NCBI GenBank assembly: GCA_964616425.1 | Contig: CAZTQY010000002.1 | Span: 2,910-66,909, forward strand | Length of the DNA stretch: 64,000 nt | Direction: 5' to 3' | DNA from: an uncultured Candidatus Saccharibacteria bacterium | Lineage (GTDB): Bacteria; Patescibacteriota; Minisyncoccia; Phycocordibacterales; DATDWN01 | Shown: one piece after another, positions 26,431-35,955 of the stretch | Layout: each line of letters opens with the position of its first letter | Numbering within the stretch: position 1 is the first letter of the stretch | Made by a program: the position numbers and the translations under genes | The notes under the pieces: model-generated | Told to the model about the DNA's origin: nothing | The model's database searches: none | What the model saw: only the letters and a program-made list of their open reading frames with translations

Positions 26431-26479
26431 AATATCTATAGATTACCATATTGAAACTTATTTTGGTAGAATTGAATAC

Positions 26480-27523
26480 ATGGAAATTACAACTATAATT
26501 TTTATTATTATTGCTCTTGGAATTGGCTTTGCATTGGCCTATTTTCTCCGTCCAAAACAGGAAACAAATGATACCGGTCTCAAACTTATACTTCAACAGA
26601 TAAACGAATTAAATAGGGTCGTAGATGCAAAGATCGGTGAAAGTACGAAAAACATGAACGAGTCGATGCGGAATCAGTTTGATCGTTCAGCGAGTTTGAT
26701 AAGAGATGTGACAGAGGGTCTAACCAAACTAGATGAGACAAACCGACAGGTGGTTTCGTTCGCGGACCAGTTACAAAACCTTCAGGATATTTTGAAAAAC
26801 CCAAAACAGCGGGGGATACTCGGTGAGTACTACCTCGAGACACTTTTGAAAAATGTTTTGGCTCCGAGTCAGTATCAAATGCAGTACGGGTTCAAAAACG
26901 GGGAGATGGTGGACTGTGTGGTTTTTGTAAAAGATAAAATCATCCCTGTAGACTCCAAGTTTTCGCTCGAGAACTATAACAGGATGATAGAAACAAATGA
27001 TAAGTCAGAAAAAGAAAGACTTGAGAAAATTTTCGTAAACGACCTCAAACTTCGCATATCAGAAACAGCAAAATACATAAGGCCGGAGGAGGGGACTATG
27101 GATTTTGCCTTTATGTTCATCCCTCACGAGGCGATTTACTACGACTTACTCATCAACAAAATCGGGGCGGTAACAGAAGAGACAGATAACCTTATCCAGC
27201 GTGCTGCAGGTAAGTACAAAGTCATTATTGTTTCTCCAACATCGTTCCTTGCATACCTCCAGACCGTTCTACAGGGTCTAAAAGCGATGCAAATAGAGGA
27301 AACAACAAAAGACATCATAAAGAGAGTATCTGAGATAGGAACTCATTTAAAAAAGTATGAGGAGTATCACAACAAGATGGGAAGTTCGCTTTCTACAGTG
27401 GTCAGTCACTTTAACAATTCAAGCAAGGAGTTCAAAAAGATAGATAAAGATGTGGTGCGAATAACGGGGGAATCAAACGGTTTTGAACCCTCACTTATCG
27501 ATAAACCAGATAACGAGGAATAA
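26480..27523 (+). CDS. rmuC: DNA recombination protein RmuC
   Basis: N-terminal TM (MEITTIIFIIIALGIGFALAY) and a coiled-coil RmuC core. The track ORF 26003..27523 has an upstream extension that overlaps yqeY, so the start is set at the in-frame Met at 26480. Confidence 0.7.
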   Translation: MEITTIIFIIIALGIGFALAYFLRPKQETNDTGLKLILQQINELNRVVDAKIGESTKNMNESMRNQFDRSASLIRDVTEGLTKLDETNRQVVSFADQLQNLQDILKNPKQRGILGEYYLETLLKNVLAPSQYQMQYGFKNGEMVDCVVFVKDKIIPVDSKFSLENYNRMIETNDKSEKERLEKIFVNDLKLRISETAKYIRPEEGTMDFAFMFIPHEAIYYDLLINKIGAVTEETDNLIQRAAGKYKVIIVSPTSFLAYLQTVLQGLKAMQIEETTKDIIKRVSEIGTHLKKYEEYHNKMGSSLSTVVSHFNNSSKEFKKIDKDVVRITGESNGFEPSLIDKPDNEE

Positions 27524-27524
27524 T

Positions 27525-28289
27525 ATGTATAAATCATTTACAGCAAAAGAATATAAACAACATTTCGGTTTCCCTGAAGATTATGAGATTAAATCATTCA
27601 TATCATATGGAACTTGGAATGACGAAAAGTTTATTGAAAAATTCAATGTGATATTAGGTGAGTTGGGTATACAATACTCAGGCAAGAAGCTTCAGGGTTT
27701 TCTCAGTCATATATATGAATTTACAATAGATGGTAAAACCCACTGGTTTGCTTTGCAATATGGTGGCGCGATGCTTTCCGAGTATGTTCATTTGGCATGT
27801 TTGTTTGGCTCTCAAAAAAATATTCATATTGGAAGTTGTGGTGGATTATATAGTGAATTAAATTCTCTCGATTTAATAGTACCTGAATGGAGTTATGGTA
27901 ACGACAGTGTTACTAGGATGTATGCTCGAGATGTAAATGATCATAAACATTATTCGAATCAGAAGCTTTCTGAGGAGCTTATAAGTTTATTGACCATTCA
28001 AAATAAAGTTTGGAAAGGCCCAATATTTACATGTCAGGCTATGCTGGGAGAAACCTGGGAAGATGTTCAAGAGTGGTCAAATAATGGTTATTACGGGGTA
28101 GAAATGGAAACATCTACAGTTTTTGCCGTATCAAACCACTACAGTGTTCCTTGCGCAAGTATGGTTTATGTATCTGATAATCTTATCAAAGGGCAAACAG
28201 TTCACGATGAGAGTCATAACTCAGAAAAGGAGACTAGAGATAAAGTAAAGGACGAAGTATTTAGGGTTGCAATAAAGGCCGTAATGTAG
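27525..28289 (+). CDS. PNP/UDP-family nucleoside phosphorylase or nucleosidase
   Basis: GVEMETSTVFAV (EME[ST] motif) and SDN motif. Start at the internal Met 27525, immediately after the rmuC stop. Confidence 0.5.
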   Translation: MYKSFTAKEYKQHFGFPEDYEIKSFISYGTWNDEKFIEKFNVILGELGIQYSGKKLQGFLSHIYEFTIDGKTHWFALQYGGAMLSEYVHLACLFGSQKNIHIGSCGGLYSELNSLDLIVPEWSYGNDSVTRMYARDVNDHKHYSNQKLSEELISLLTIQNKVWKGPIFTCQAMLGETWEDVQEWSNNGYYGVEMETSTVFAVSNHYSVPCASMVYVSDNLIKGQTVHDESHNSEKETRDKVKDEVFRVAIKAVM

Positions 28290-28329
28290 GCTTGCCAAGA
28301 CCGGTCATTTTTGCTATATTCTTAGCACT

Positions 28330-28647
28330 ATGGAATTTGCAGTAATACACACAGGAGGAAAGCAATACAAGGTCTCAAAGGGGGACACCGTAAAGATTGA
28401 GAAAATCAAGGGTGATTTCAAGGTAGGAGACAAGATTGTTTTCGACAAAGTGCTACTAGTTGAGGATGGAAAAGATACTAAAATCGGTACTCCATACATT
28501 GCTACTGGCAAGGTAGAGGCTACTCTAGAAGCTGTTGGAAGAAACAAGACAGTTGAGGTTATAAAATACAAACAAAAGTCTCGATATTTCAAGAAGAATG
28601 GTCATAGACAGCCTTGGTTCAAAGTGAAGATAGCAGAGATAAAATAA
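28330..28647 (+). CDS. rplU: 50S ribosomal protein L21
   Basis: 105 aa, MEFAVIHTGGKQYKVSKGD. Confidence 0.9.
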   Translation: MEFAVIHTGGKQYKVSKGDTVKIEKIKGDFKVGDKIVFDKVLLVEDGKDTKIGTPYIATGKVEATLEAVGRNKTVEVIKYKQKSRYFKKNGHRQPWFKVKIAEIK

Positions 28648-28657
28648 TAAAAGAATT

Positions 28658-28681
28658 GGCGCCCCGTGGGGCGCCTTTTCG
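28658..28681 (+). terminator. Intrinsic terminator after rplU
   Basis: ggcgcccc-gtg-gggcgcc-tttt. Confidence 0.75.
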
Positions 28682-28708
28682 TTGGACTTAGAACACGATG
28701 TGAAGACG

Positions 28709-28891
28709 TCAGTTATCGAGTAACGCCTTCATCGTACTTATGTCGAGAACATCTGCAACGAGCTTTGCTACTTCCTCTGACACTCCAGCTTGAATTGTGT
28801 CGCGAATGAAGCATCGCTCGACATCCGCGTCGGCCAATGCGGCCTTGTTCCACTCGTTGTTACGAGCGGAAATTTCGGGTTCGAATTCCAT
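28709..28891 (-). CDS. Small acidic protein C' (60 aa), paralog of 24936..25130
   Basis: MEFEPEISARNNEWNKAALADADVERCFIRDTIQAGVSEEVAKLVADVLD... GC-rich. 15 nt downstream of B'. Confidence 0.5.
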   Translation of the reverse strand: MEFEPEISARNNEWNKAALADADVERCFIRDTIQAGVSEEVAKLVADVLDISTMKALLDN

Positions 28892-28906
28892 AACGGAGCC
28901 TTTCTG

Positions 28907-29089
28907 TCAGCCGGGTTGTTCCAGCAGTTCAGTTCGAATCTCGAGGAGCGCCTGAATAATCGCTTCCTCGGGATCGGATAGACCTTTCTTGAGACTATCT
29001 AGGTAGTCTGCTGCACGTTTTTCGGTCCAGCCGTGCTTGTTGGCAATTTCTCGGATTTTTCGCTTGCGAATTTCTGGGCTCAGTGCCAT
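28907..29089 (-). CDS. Small basic protein B' (60 aa)
   Basis: MALSPEIRKRKIREIANKHGWTEKRAADYLDSLKKGLSDPEEAIIQALLEIRTELLEQPG. GGAGG SD 6 nt upstream of the ATG at 29089. The longer track ORF (to 29263) overlaps A' and the AT-rich intergenic region, so the shorter reading is preferred. Confidence 0.5.
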   Translation of the reverse strand: MALSPEIRKRKIREIANKHGWTEKRAADYLDSLKKGLSDPEEAIIQALLEIRTELLEQPG

Positions 29090-29143
29090 TCCGGGCCTCC
29101 GGATATAAGTGTATATAAATAATATTCTTTTACAATACGATGA

Positions 29144-29188
29144 AAGACCCGGGTACATGGAGTTAGGGTCTCCATCTCGCGGGTCTTG
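29144..29188 (-). terminator. Hairpin (8-bp stem) immediately after the A' stop, between A' and B'
   Basis: aagacccg...cgggtctt, with an inner atggag...ctccat stem. Confidence 0.4.
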
Positions 29189-29189
29189 A

Positions 29190-29375
29190 TTAGTCGACAG
29201 AAACAGCGGCCTCCATCTCTTTGTACATGCGCACCCATGCGAGGATCTCTCGCACAGCTGCACGAGTCGAAAGGCGCGCTCTTTCTTTGTGGTCGAGGAC
29301 GATATCGCAGACCTCTTCCCAAGAGCAGTTGAGCTCGTTGGCGATAAGCGCCACCAAACGTGACGGTCTTTTCAT
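29190..29375 (-). CDS. Small protein A' (61 aa), paralog of 25599..25802
   Basis: MKRPSRLVALIANELNCSWEEVCDIVLDHKERARL... Possibly HTH-like. GC-rich. AGGGAG SD upstream. Confidence 0.5.
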   Translation of the reverse strand: MKRPSRLVALIANELNCSWEEVCDIVLDHKERARLSTRAAVREILAWVRMYKEMEAAVSVD

Positions 29376-29548
29376 TGTTTACACTCCCTTTACAACATTA
29401 ATAAAAAAATTTCATTACTGCAAATTTTAGAACTTTCAGATTTGGATGAAATTCGAGGCAACCAAGAAAAATAAGAGGAGTCTTATCTAGTATAAGGTGA
29501 CGAGAATTTTTTGATGGTTAACGAAGAAGTTCGCCAAATATGAAAGCT

Positions 29549-30160
29549 CTACTGTCGGTTCTTCAAAGCGTTTTTAATTGTGTCGCTATCAGAGTATTCC
29601 AGTTCTGTTCCTGTTGATAATCCACGACCGAGGGTTGATATTTTGATACTATTTTTATCAGCAAGTGGTTTTAAAATTTGTTCGAGATAGGTTAGAGTGT
29701 TTTCTCCCTCTGGGTTGTAACTTAATGCGAGGATAATTTCTGAAAGCCCGTTCGAAACTTTCTTTTCAATATTTTCTATAAGTTCCTTTTGCCGTACTCG
29801 TTTTTCCGGATTTTTTTCAAGTATTGGAACTGTGCCTCCGAGTACAAAATAGTAACCGTTGTAGAAATGTGTTTTTTCTATATTTTCAAAATCAACATCA
29901 TGAGAAACTATCATTAGTGACTTTTTGTCTCGACTGCTATCTCGACAGATAGGACATGTATTCGAGTTGTCATTTAAAAAGAATCTAAAACATGTATCAC
30001 ATGAGTGAACGGTTGCTCGTACGTCGTTAATGAGTCTAGCTAGGTCGTTTGCGTATGCGGGGTTTCTGTTAAGTAAAAAATACACAAACCTTTTGGCCTG
30101 TCTCGGTCCTATTCCAGGAAACTCTTTGAAGAGTTCTATGAGTCTCTGAGTATTATCCAT
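29549..30160 (-). CDS. recR: Recombination protein RecR
   Basis: C4 zinc finger CDTC...CPIC, Toprim region, 203 aa. Confidence 0.9.
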   Translation of the reverse strand: MDNTQRLIELFKEFPGIGPRQAKRFVYFLLNRNPAYANDLARLINDVRATVHSCDTCFRFFLNDNSNTCPICRDSSRDKKSLMIVSHDVDFENIEKTHFYNGYYFVLGGTVPILEKNPEKRVRQKELIENIEKKVSNGLSEIILALSYNPEGENTLTYLEQILKPLADKNSIKISTLGRGLSTGTELEYSDSDTIKNALKNRQ

Positions 30161-30162
30161 AA

Positions 30163-31563
30163 TTAGAAATCACTAAACTCTTTGTCCGCTCCGCCATACT
30201 GAGACTTATCCATACTCTGGAATGTAGCTTTTTTATCATTGAAGAATAGTTCGACTTTTCCAGTCTCTCCATTTCTATGTTTTTCAATAAGGATTTCTGC
30301 TATGTTTGTTCTTTCTGACTCATCCTTGTACTTGTCTTCTCTGTGAATGAACATAACCACATCGGCATCCTGCTCGATGGAACCTGAGTCTCGTAGGTCA
30401 GATAGTCTTGGCCGTCCGCCACGTTGCTCCACGGCTCTGGATAGCTGTGACAGTGCCAAAACTGGACAGTCTAGTTCGCGAGCCAAGTTTTTGAGTGAGC
30501 GAGATATTTCTGTCACTTGTTGAACTACGTTGTCGTTTTTTGTTGAAGTTGGGACCATGAGTTGTAGGTAGTCCACAACAATAAGTCCAAGACCATGTTC
30601 ACTCTTTAACCTTCGTGCGATAGAGCGCATTTTTAGGATATTGTTTCCTGGTTGATCATCTATGAAAATAGGAGCCTTGTTTAGCTTGTCGAGAGACTCA
30701 CGGATAGCTTCAAAGTCATCTTGGCGAGAAAGTTTTCCTGTTCTGAGTTTCCAAGCATCAACATTTGCTTGTGCTGCAAGCATTCTATCTACCAACTGCT
30801 GACTACTCATTTCGAGAGAGAAAATGCCAACAGGGATGTTGTGGTTTACTGCTGCTTGCCGTGCTATATCGAGAGCAAATGAAGTCTTTCCTACAGATGG
30901 TCTAGCCGCAAGAATAATGAGGTCAGATTTTTGTAGTCCTGAAAGTTTGTTATCTATCGCTTCAAATCCAGTTGGGATTCCTCGTAAACCTTTGTCGTCG
31001 CTGTGTAGTCGGTCTAGTCTTTCCCAAGCTTCTGTCAGCTCATCTTTGATAGGAACAAATTTGTGTGCAGTGTTAAAGTTTGTGACATCAAAAAGTTTTT
31101 TCTCTGCATTGTCTAGCATTTCCTCCAACTCTTTGTTTTCGTCGTAACCGATTTGTGATATGTGATCAGATGCTTCGATGAGTCGTCTCATCATGTATTT
31201 CTTTTGAACTATTTCGGCATAGTAGCCGATGTTACTAGAAGATGGCACAGAGTTAACAACTTCTGTGAGATATGTGTTTCCACCGATTTGGTCCAGCCAA
31301 CCTTTTTCTTTAAGCTTTGCTGAAACAGAAAGTAAATCAATAGGGGAACGCTTTGTAAAAAGTTCCATCATTGTTTCGAAAATCACTCGATGCTTTTCAG
31401 AATAAAAAGAATCTTGGTTAACAATATCTGTAACATCGAAAAGAGATTCTGGTCTCAACATAACAGAACCAAGGAACGCCATCTCAGCCTCCAAGTTTTG
31501 TGGAGGTATTCGCATTCTGTTTGGAAATGTTTGTGGAATTACATTCTGAATCTTTTGGACCAT
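30163..31563 (-). CDS. dnaB: Replicative DNA helicase DnaB
   Basis: Walker A ARPSVGKTSFAL, RecA-like core, 466 aa. Confidence 0.9.
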   Translation of the reverse strand: MVQKIQNVIPQTFPNRMRIPPQNLEAEMAFLGSVMLRPESLFDVTDIVNQDSFYSEKHRVIFETMMELFTKRSPIDLLSVSAKLKEKGWLDQIGGNTYLTEVVNSVPSSSNIGYYAEIVQKKYMMRRLIEASDHISQIGYDENKELEEMLDNAEKKLFDVTNFNTAHKFVPIKDELTEAWERLDRLHSDDKGLRGIPTGFEAIDNKLSGLQKSDLIILAARPSVGKTSFALDIARQAAVNHNIPVGIFSLEMSSQQLVDRMLAAQANVDAWKLRTGKLSRQDDFEAIRESLDKLNKAPIFIDDQPGNNILKMRSIARRLKSEHGLGLIVVDYLQLMVPTSTKNDNVVQQVTEISRSLKNLARELDCPVLALSQLSRAVEQRGGRPRLSDLRDSGSIEQDADVVMFIHREDKYKDESERTNIAEILIEKHRNGETGKVELFFNDKKATFQSMDKSQYGGADKEFSDF

Positions 31564-31638
31564 AATGAAATCATTTTAGCATGGCCTTGTTTTTATACGC
31601 CACTTGCGCAAAGGTACTAAACTGTGGGAAAGCTGTGT

Positions 31639-33036
31639 TTAACGAGGAGTAACCACTGTACCATCTGGTGTATCTTTGACTTCAAACCCAAATTCTTCGA
31701 TTTTGGCTCTTAATTCATCACTTTTTGTAAAATCTTTAGTATTTCTAGCTAAATCTCGTTCTTTTATAAGGTTTTGTACTTCTTCAGGTATTTTTATAGA
31801 TTCAGTAAGTTTATATCCAGCAAGTTCTAAACCTAAAACTCTATCAAAATCTAAAATAGTTGCTTTTTTATCTGCATCTGATATTTCTCTATCTTTTATT
31901 ATTTCCCACACCAATGCTAATGCCTTTGGTGTATCTAAATCATCATTAACTAGTTCATTGAATTTATTCACTATTATTTTTCCATTATCTGGGTATGAAT
32001 AAATTTTCAGTCTCAGAGTTTTAATTGAAGTATCTGCTCCCTCTAGTGCCTCCCAACTAAATTGTAGTGGTGATGAATATCTAGCTCCAAGAAAAACATA
32101 CCGGAGTGCTAGTGGATCAATTCCTTTGTCTTTCAAAGATTGCAATTTTATAAAATTGTCACCAGACTTTGCCATTTTTTCGCTACCATTTTCTGTCGCC
32201 ATATTTAGGTGTGCATTGTGTAACCAGTATTTTGCATATGGATTTCCAGCACAAACGGCCTGAGCTATTTCGTTACTGTGGTGAACAGGTATGTGATCGA
32301 TACCACCAGTGTGAATATCGAATTCTGGTCCTAGGTATTTTACTGACATTGCAGAACACTCGATATGCCATCCAGGAAAACCTTTTCCAAATTGAGAATC
32401 GTATCCAATTTTATTGTCGAATTTCCATAAAGCAAAATCCAAGTGGTTCTTCTTCTCCTTTACAGGTATCACTCTGGCAAATTCTTCAATAAGTTTTTTT
32501 CTATCTATTCCAAAAATATTATTATAATCTTTGTATTTTGAGGTTTCAAAATATACTCCGTCAGAAGTTGAATAAGTAAAACCTTTGTCAGTTAGTGTTT
32601 GAACTAGATTAATATCTTCCTGTATGTGGTCGCTAGCAAAAGGGAAATGTTCAGGTAGTTCAATATTCAGAGAAGCTAAATCTTTTTTAAATTCTTCAAA
32701 GTAAAAGTTTGCTACCTCTCGCATTGCTTCTAGTGTTAGAGGTTTACCTTCTCTTTTCAGAGCTTTTGTCATTTTATCCTCACCGTCATCGTTGTCTGAG
32801 GAAAGGTGACCAATATCAGTTATATTTATAACTTGGTTTACTTTATAGCCGTTGTATTCAAAAGTTCGTCTCAAGATGTCAGCAAAGACATAGCTTCGTA
32901 GGTTTCCAATATGAGCGTAGTTATATACAGTCGGTCCACAGTTATACATAGAAACCTCACCTTGTTTCAAGGGTTCAAATTTTCTCTTTTCTTTAGTTAG
33001 TGTGTCGTTTAGGTATATGTCCATATCTATATCCAT
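31639..33036 (-). CDS. cysS: Cysteinyl-tRNA synthetase
   Basis: HIGN (HIGH) and KMAKS (KMSKS) motifs. CGPTVY start region. Confidence 0.9.
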   Translation of the reverse strand: MDIDMDIYLNDTLTKEKRKFEPLKQGEVSMYNCGPTVYNYAHIGNLRSYVFADILRRTFEYNGYKVNQVINITDIGHLSSDNDDGEDKMTKALKREGKPLTLEAMREVANFYFEEFKKDLASLNIELPEHFPFASDHIQEDINLVQTLTDKGFTYSTSDGVYFETSKYKDYNNIFGIDRKKLIEEFARVIPVKEKKNHLDFALWKFDNKIGYDSQFGKGFPGWHIECSAMSVKYLGPEFDIHTGGIDHIPVHHSNEIAQAVCAGNPYAKYWLHNAHLNMATENGSEKMAKSGDNFIKLQSLKDKGIDPLALRYVFLGARYSSPLQFSWEALEGADTSIKTLRLKIYSYPDNGKIIVNKFNELVNDDLDTPKALALVWEIIKDREISDADKKATILDFDRVLGLELAGYKLTESIKIPEEVQNLIKERDLARNTKDFTKSDELRAKIEEFGFEVKDTPDGTVVTPR

Positions 33037-33953
33037 TTTTTATGCTTTGCGTAGACAAAGGCTACTGATGCATAAGCTACCATAGATACAATAACTATCC
33101 AAAAGCCGTTTGAGTTGTTTTCAAGTGGGACACCTCCAACTCTCATAGCAAAAATCCAAGATATTAGGTTCATTGGGAGCAGTATTCCTCCTAGAACTGT
33201 TAGTTGTTTTACAGTTTCATTTTGTTTTGAGGTTAAAAGTGAGTTGTTTGTGTCCCGAAGTTCTCTTAACATTTCTAAGTTAGACTTTATAGTTGTGTTA
33301 ATTTTCAAGTAGTCAACCAAAATAGAGTCAATCTCATGTGCAAAATTTTCTCCAAATATTCTTCCTCCATGATCCCGAAGTGATTCTAGGATTTTGAAAT
33401 GCAAATCTGTTGTTCTTTTGAAATCTAACAGCGTTCTTGTGACTTCAGAGATTGAAATCACCATTTCCTTTTCCTTTCCTTTGAAAATATCGCTTGTTAT
33501 GTCGTCTGTTATATCATCTATGTATTCTAGTTCTTCAAAAAGTGAATTATATAGTTCTTTTAACATTCTCATTAACAAAATATGGTCATGAGCCTTTTTC
33601 TTGTCTCCACTTTTTTCAAGAATCTCGTGAACCTCTAAATCCTTTGAGAATTTATGTAGCGCATCGATCGTATCGTATCTTGCAGTTATTAGAGCGTCTT
33701 TTCCAATAATAAAATCGATTTCTTGGCTTCTACCTGTTGTGTGAGAATGTTTAAAAACAGGGAAGTGGAGTATGCAATACACATATGTATCATGGAATTC
33801 TATTCTGGGTTTTGGTGTAGCTGAAGTTAGTTCTTTTGCTACGAACGGGTGAATATTGTAAGTATTCATTAATTCATGAATTTCTTCTGGAGTCCCGTTA
33901 TCAACATCTATCCAAGTTTCTCCACTGTACTTGTGTTCAGTTATCATATGCAT
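33027..33953 (-). CDS. CorA-family (MIT superfamily) divalent-cation transporter with an atypical AMR in place of GMN
   Basis: N-terminal cytoplasmic domain and two C-terminal TM helices with LLPMNLISWIFAMRVGG, which aligns to the CorA LP..F.AGIYGMNF region. Confidence 0.55.
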   Translation of the reverse strand: MHMITEHKYSGETWIDVDNGTPEEIHELMNTYNIHPFVAKELTSATPKPRIEFHDTYVYCILHFPVFKHSHTTGRSQEIDFIIGKDALITARYDTIDALHKFSKDLEVHEILEKSGDKKKAHDHILLMRMLKELYNSLFEELEYIDDITDDITSDIFKGKEKEMVISISEVTRTLLDFKRTTDLHFKILESLRDHGGRIFGENFAHEIDSILVDYLKINTTIKSNLEMLRELRDTNNSLLTSKQNETVKQLTVLGGILLPMNLISWIFAMRVGGVPLENNSNGFWIVIVSMVAYASVAFVYAKHKKWI

Positions 33954-34069
33954 TAATTATATCTGAATATACATTTCACTACAATATTTTTTTGAACCTA
34001 TCTAGAGTTTTTTATTAAACTATTTAAAAACAAATTTAAACTTGCAAAACTTTTCAGAGGTTGCGATAA

Positions 34070-35305
34070 TTGAATGCAATGAGAGACTTTTTTAAGTATA
34101 GAGCATATGTTCTAGTAGCCATCGCAGTTGTGGGTGGCATATTTTTTTCTGGGTACTATTTTGGTAGAAACAGTATGTCAGACGAAGAGAAAATTTTTTC
34201 TTTAATGAACAAAACTGATTCAGAAAATAAAATTGATTTTGCTCCATTTTGGAAAGCTTGGAATATAATCAATGAAAAATATGTTCCAACAAATAGCACA
34301 ACTACTGAAAAGGTAGACGACCAAGATAGAGTTTACGGTGCTATTGAGGGTATGGTTAAGTCACTAGGTGATCCGTACACGACTTTTTTCCCACCGGTTG
34401 AATCAAAACAGTTTAATGAGACTATTGCAGGACAAATCGAGGGTGTAGGTATGGAAGTTGGAATGAAAGATGATGTTCTTACTGTTATTGCTCCAGTAAA
34501 AGGTACACCAGCGTACAAAGCAGGAATAAAAGCGGGGGACAAAATACTAAAAATAGATGATTTAATTACTTCTGGACTAAGTGTTGAAGAAGCTGTCAAA
34601 AATATTCGTGGCAAGAAGGGAACTGCAGTTAAACTTACTCTTTTGAGAGATGGGGTAAAAGATCCATATGTGATTGATGTTGTTAGGGATGTAATAAATA
34701 TGCCTACGGTTGATACGGAGACAAATGGTGATGTATTTATTATTCGTCTATATTCATTCTCTGCTATTTCCCCAAACCTTTTCAGAGATGCGCTACGTGA
34801 CTTTGTGCAGTCTGGAAAATACAAATTGATTATTGATTTGCGCGGAAACCCTGGAGGATACCTAGAAGCTGCTCAAGACATGGCTTCATGGTTTCTACCA
34901 ACAGGAAAGGTTATCGTTAGTGAGGATTTTAGAGACGAGAAAGATAAACAAATTTTCCGATCTAGAGGATACAATATATTTAACGAAAATCTTAAACTAG
35001 TCATTTTGATTGATGGAGGTTCCGCTTCTGCTTCAGAGATTCTGGCTGGAGCACTTCACGACCATGGTATTGCAACACTTGTTGGTTCTCAGTCATTTGG
35101 AAAGGGTTCAGTTCAGGAACTCGTGGATATAACAGAAGATACAAGTCTTAAAGTTACTATTGCAAAATGGCTTACGCCAAATGGAATATCTATTTCACAC
35201 AACGGACTTACTCCAGATGTTGAAGTTAAACTAGATGAGAAGAAATATCTGGAAGATAAGACCGATACTCAACTAAACAAAGCATTAGAAATTCTTTCAA
35301 AATAA
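34070..35305 (+). CDS. ctpA: C-terminal processing peptidase (S41 family, Prc/CtpA)
   Basis: N-terminal TM, PDZ domain, and GSASASEILAGAL with catalytic Ser and Lys (…SFGKGSVQ). Confidence 0.85.
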   Translation: MNAMRDFFKYRAYVLVAIAVVGGIFFSGYYFGRNSMSDEEKIFSLMNKTDSENKIDFAPFWKAWNIINEKYVPTNSTTTEKVDDQDRVYGAIEGMVKSLGDPYTTFFPPVESKQFNETIAGQIEGVGMEVGMKDDVLTVIAPVKGTPAYKAGIKAGDKILKIDDLITSGLSVEEAVKNIRGKKGTAVKLTLLRDGVKDPYVIDVVRDVINMPTVDTETNGDVFIIRLYSFSAISPNLFRDALRDFVQSGKYKLIIDLRGNPGGYLEAAQDMASWFLPTGKVIVSEDFRDEKDKQIFRSRGYNIFNENLKLVILIDGGSASASEILAGALHDHGIATLVGSQSFGKGSVQELVDITEDTSLKVTIAKWLTPNGISISHNGLTPDVEVKLDEKKYLEDKTDTQLNKALEILSK

Positions 35306-35325
35306 TTCCAAAAACACCCCATATA

Positions 35326-35410
35326 CGTTGTTGCTGTTCAATTTTTCTCATTCACCGTACGTCAAAGTACGTATCACTCGCAAAATTTCCAGCGCCTAGT
35401 ATCTGAGGCA
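35326..35410 (+). repeat. Dispersed intergenic repeat (GUAC-hairpin family), copy downstream of ctpA
   Basis: cgttgttgctgttcaatttttctcattcaccgtacgtcaaagtacgtatcactcgcaaaatttccagcgcctagtatctgaggca. Confidence 0.7.
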
Positions 35411-35438
35411 TTTTTGAAATTATTACGTTTATGCTAAT

Positions 35439-35891
35439 ATGGGAAATATGAAAGTTATATTCCTAAAAGACGTCAAAAATGTCGGACGAAAATATGACAT
35501 AAAAGATGTGGCTGATGGCTACGCGATAAATATGCTTTTGCCAAAAAAGCTGGCTGAAATAGCAACTCCTCAAGCTATAAAGAAAGTTGAGGACATGAAG
35601 AATAATGATCTTACTCAGAAAAGGATTCAAGAAGAATTGCTACAGAAGAATCTAGAAGTTATAAACAGTATGAAGATTACTGTTAACGGAAAGGCAAATG
35701 AAAAGGGGCATCTCTTTGCTGGTATTACAAAAGAAATGCTAGTTTCTGAAATACAAAAATCATCTCGACTTAGTATTGATCCAAACCTCATTCAACTTTC
35801 AAAGCCAATCAAAGAAGTTGGGGAGCACAAAGTTACAATTCAAGCTGGTAATAAAAAAGCAGAGTTTACACTAATTATTACTGGAAACTAA
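35439..35891 (+). CDS. rplI: 50S ribosomal protein L9
   Basis: 150 aa, [26 protein letters not shown]. Confidence 0.9.
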   Translation: MGNMKVIFLKDVKNVGRKYDIKDVADGYAINMLLPKKLAEIATPQAIKKVEDMKNNDLTQKRIQEELLQKNLEVINSMKITVNGKANEKGHLFAGITKEMLVSEIQKSSRLSIDPNLIQLSKPIKEVGEHKVTIQAGNKKAEFTLIITGN

Positions 35892-35898
35892 ATATAAG

Positions 35899-35940
35899 AA
35901 AACCGCCGGACTGACAGATATCGCCAGCTGGCGGTTTTCT
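35899..35940 (+). terminator. Intrinsic terminator after rplI, also at the 3' end of the convergent GC-rich gene
   Basis: aaaaccgccgg...ccagctggcggttttct. Confidence 0.65.
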
Positions 35941-35955
35941 GTAGTTCGGCGGTTG

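Noticed and set aside
26003-26479. Long N-terminal extension of rmuC (track ORF 26003..27523)
   Set aside because: The extension overlaps the oppositely oriented yqeY and translates as low-complexity Ser/Ala-rich sequence. The RmuC TM start at 26480 is the sensible start.
28907-29263. 118-aa version of B' starting at 29263
   Set aside because: It overlaps A' and crosses an AT-rich hairpin region. The GGAGG-ATG at 29089 gives a 60-aa product matching the size of B.
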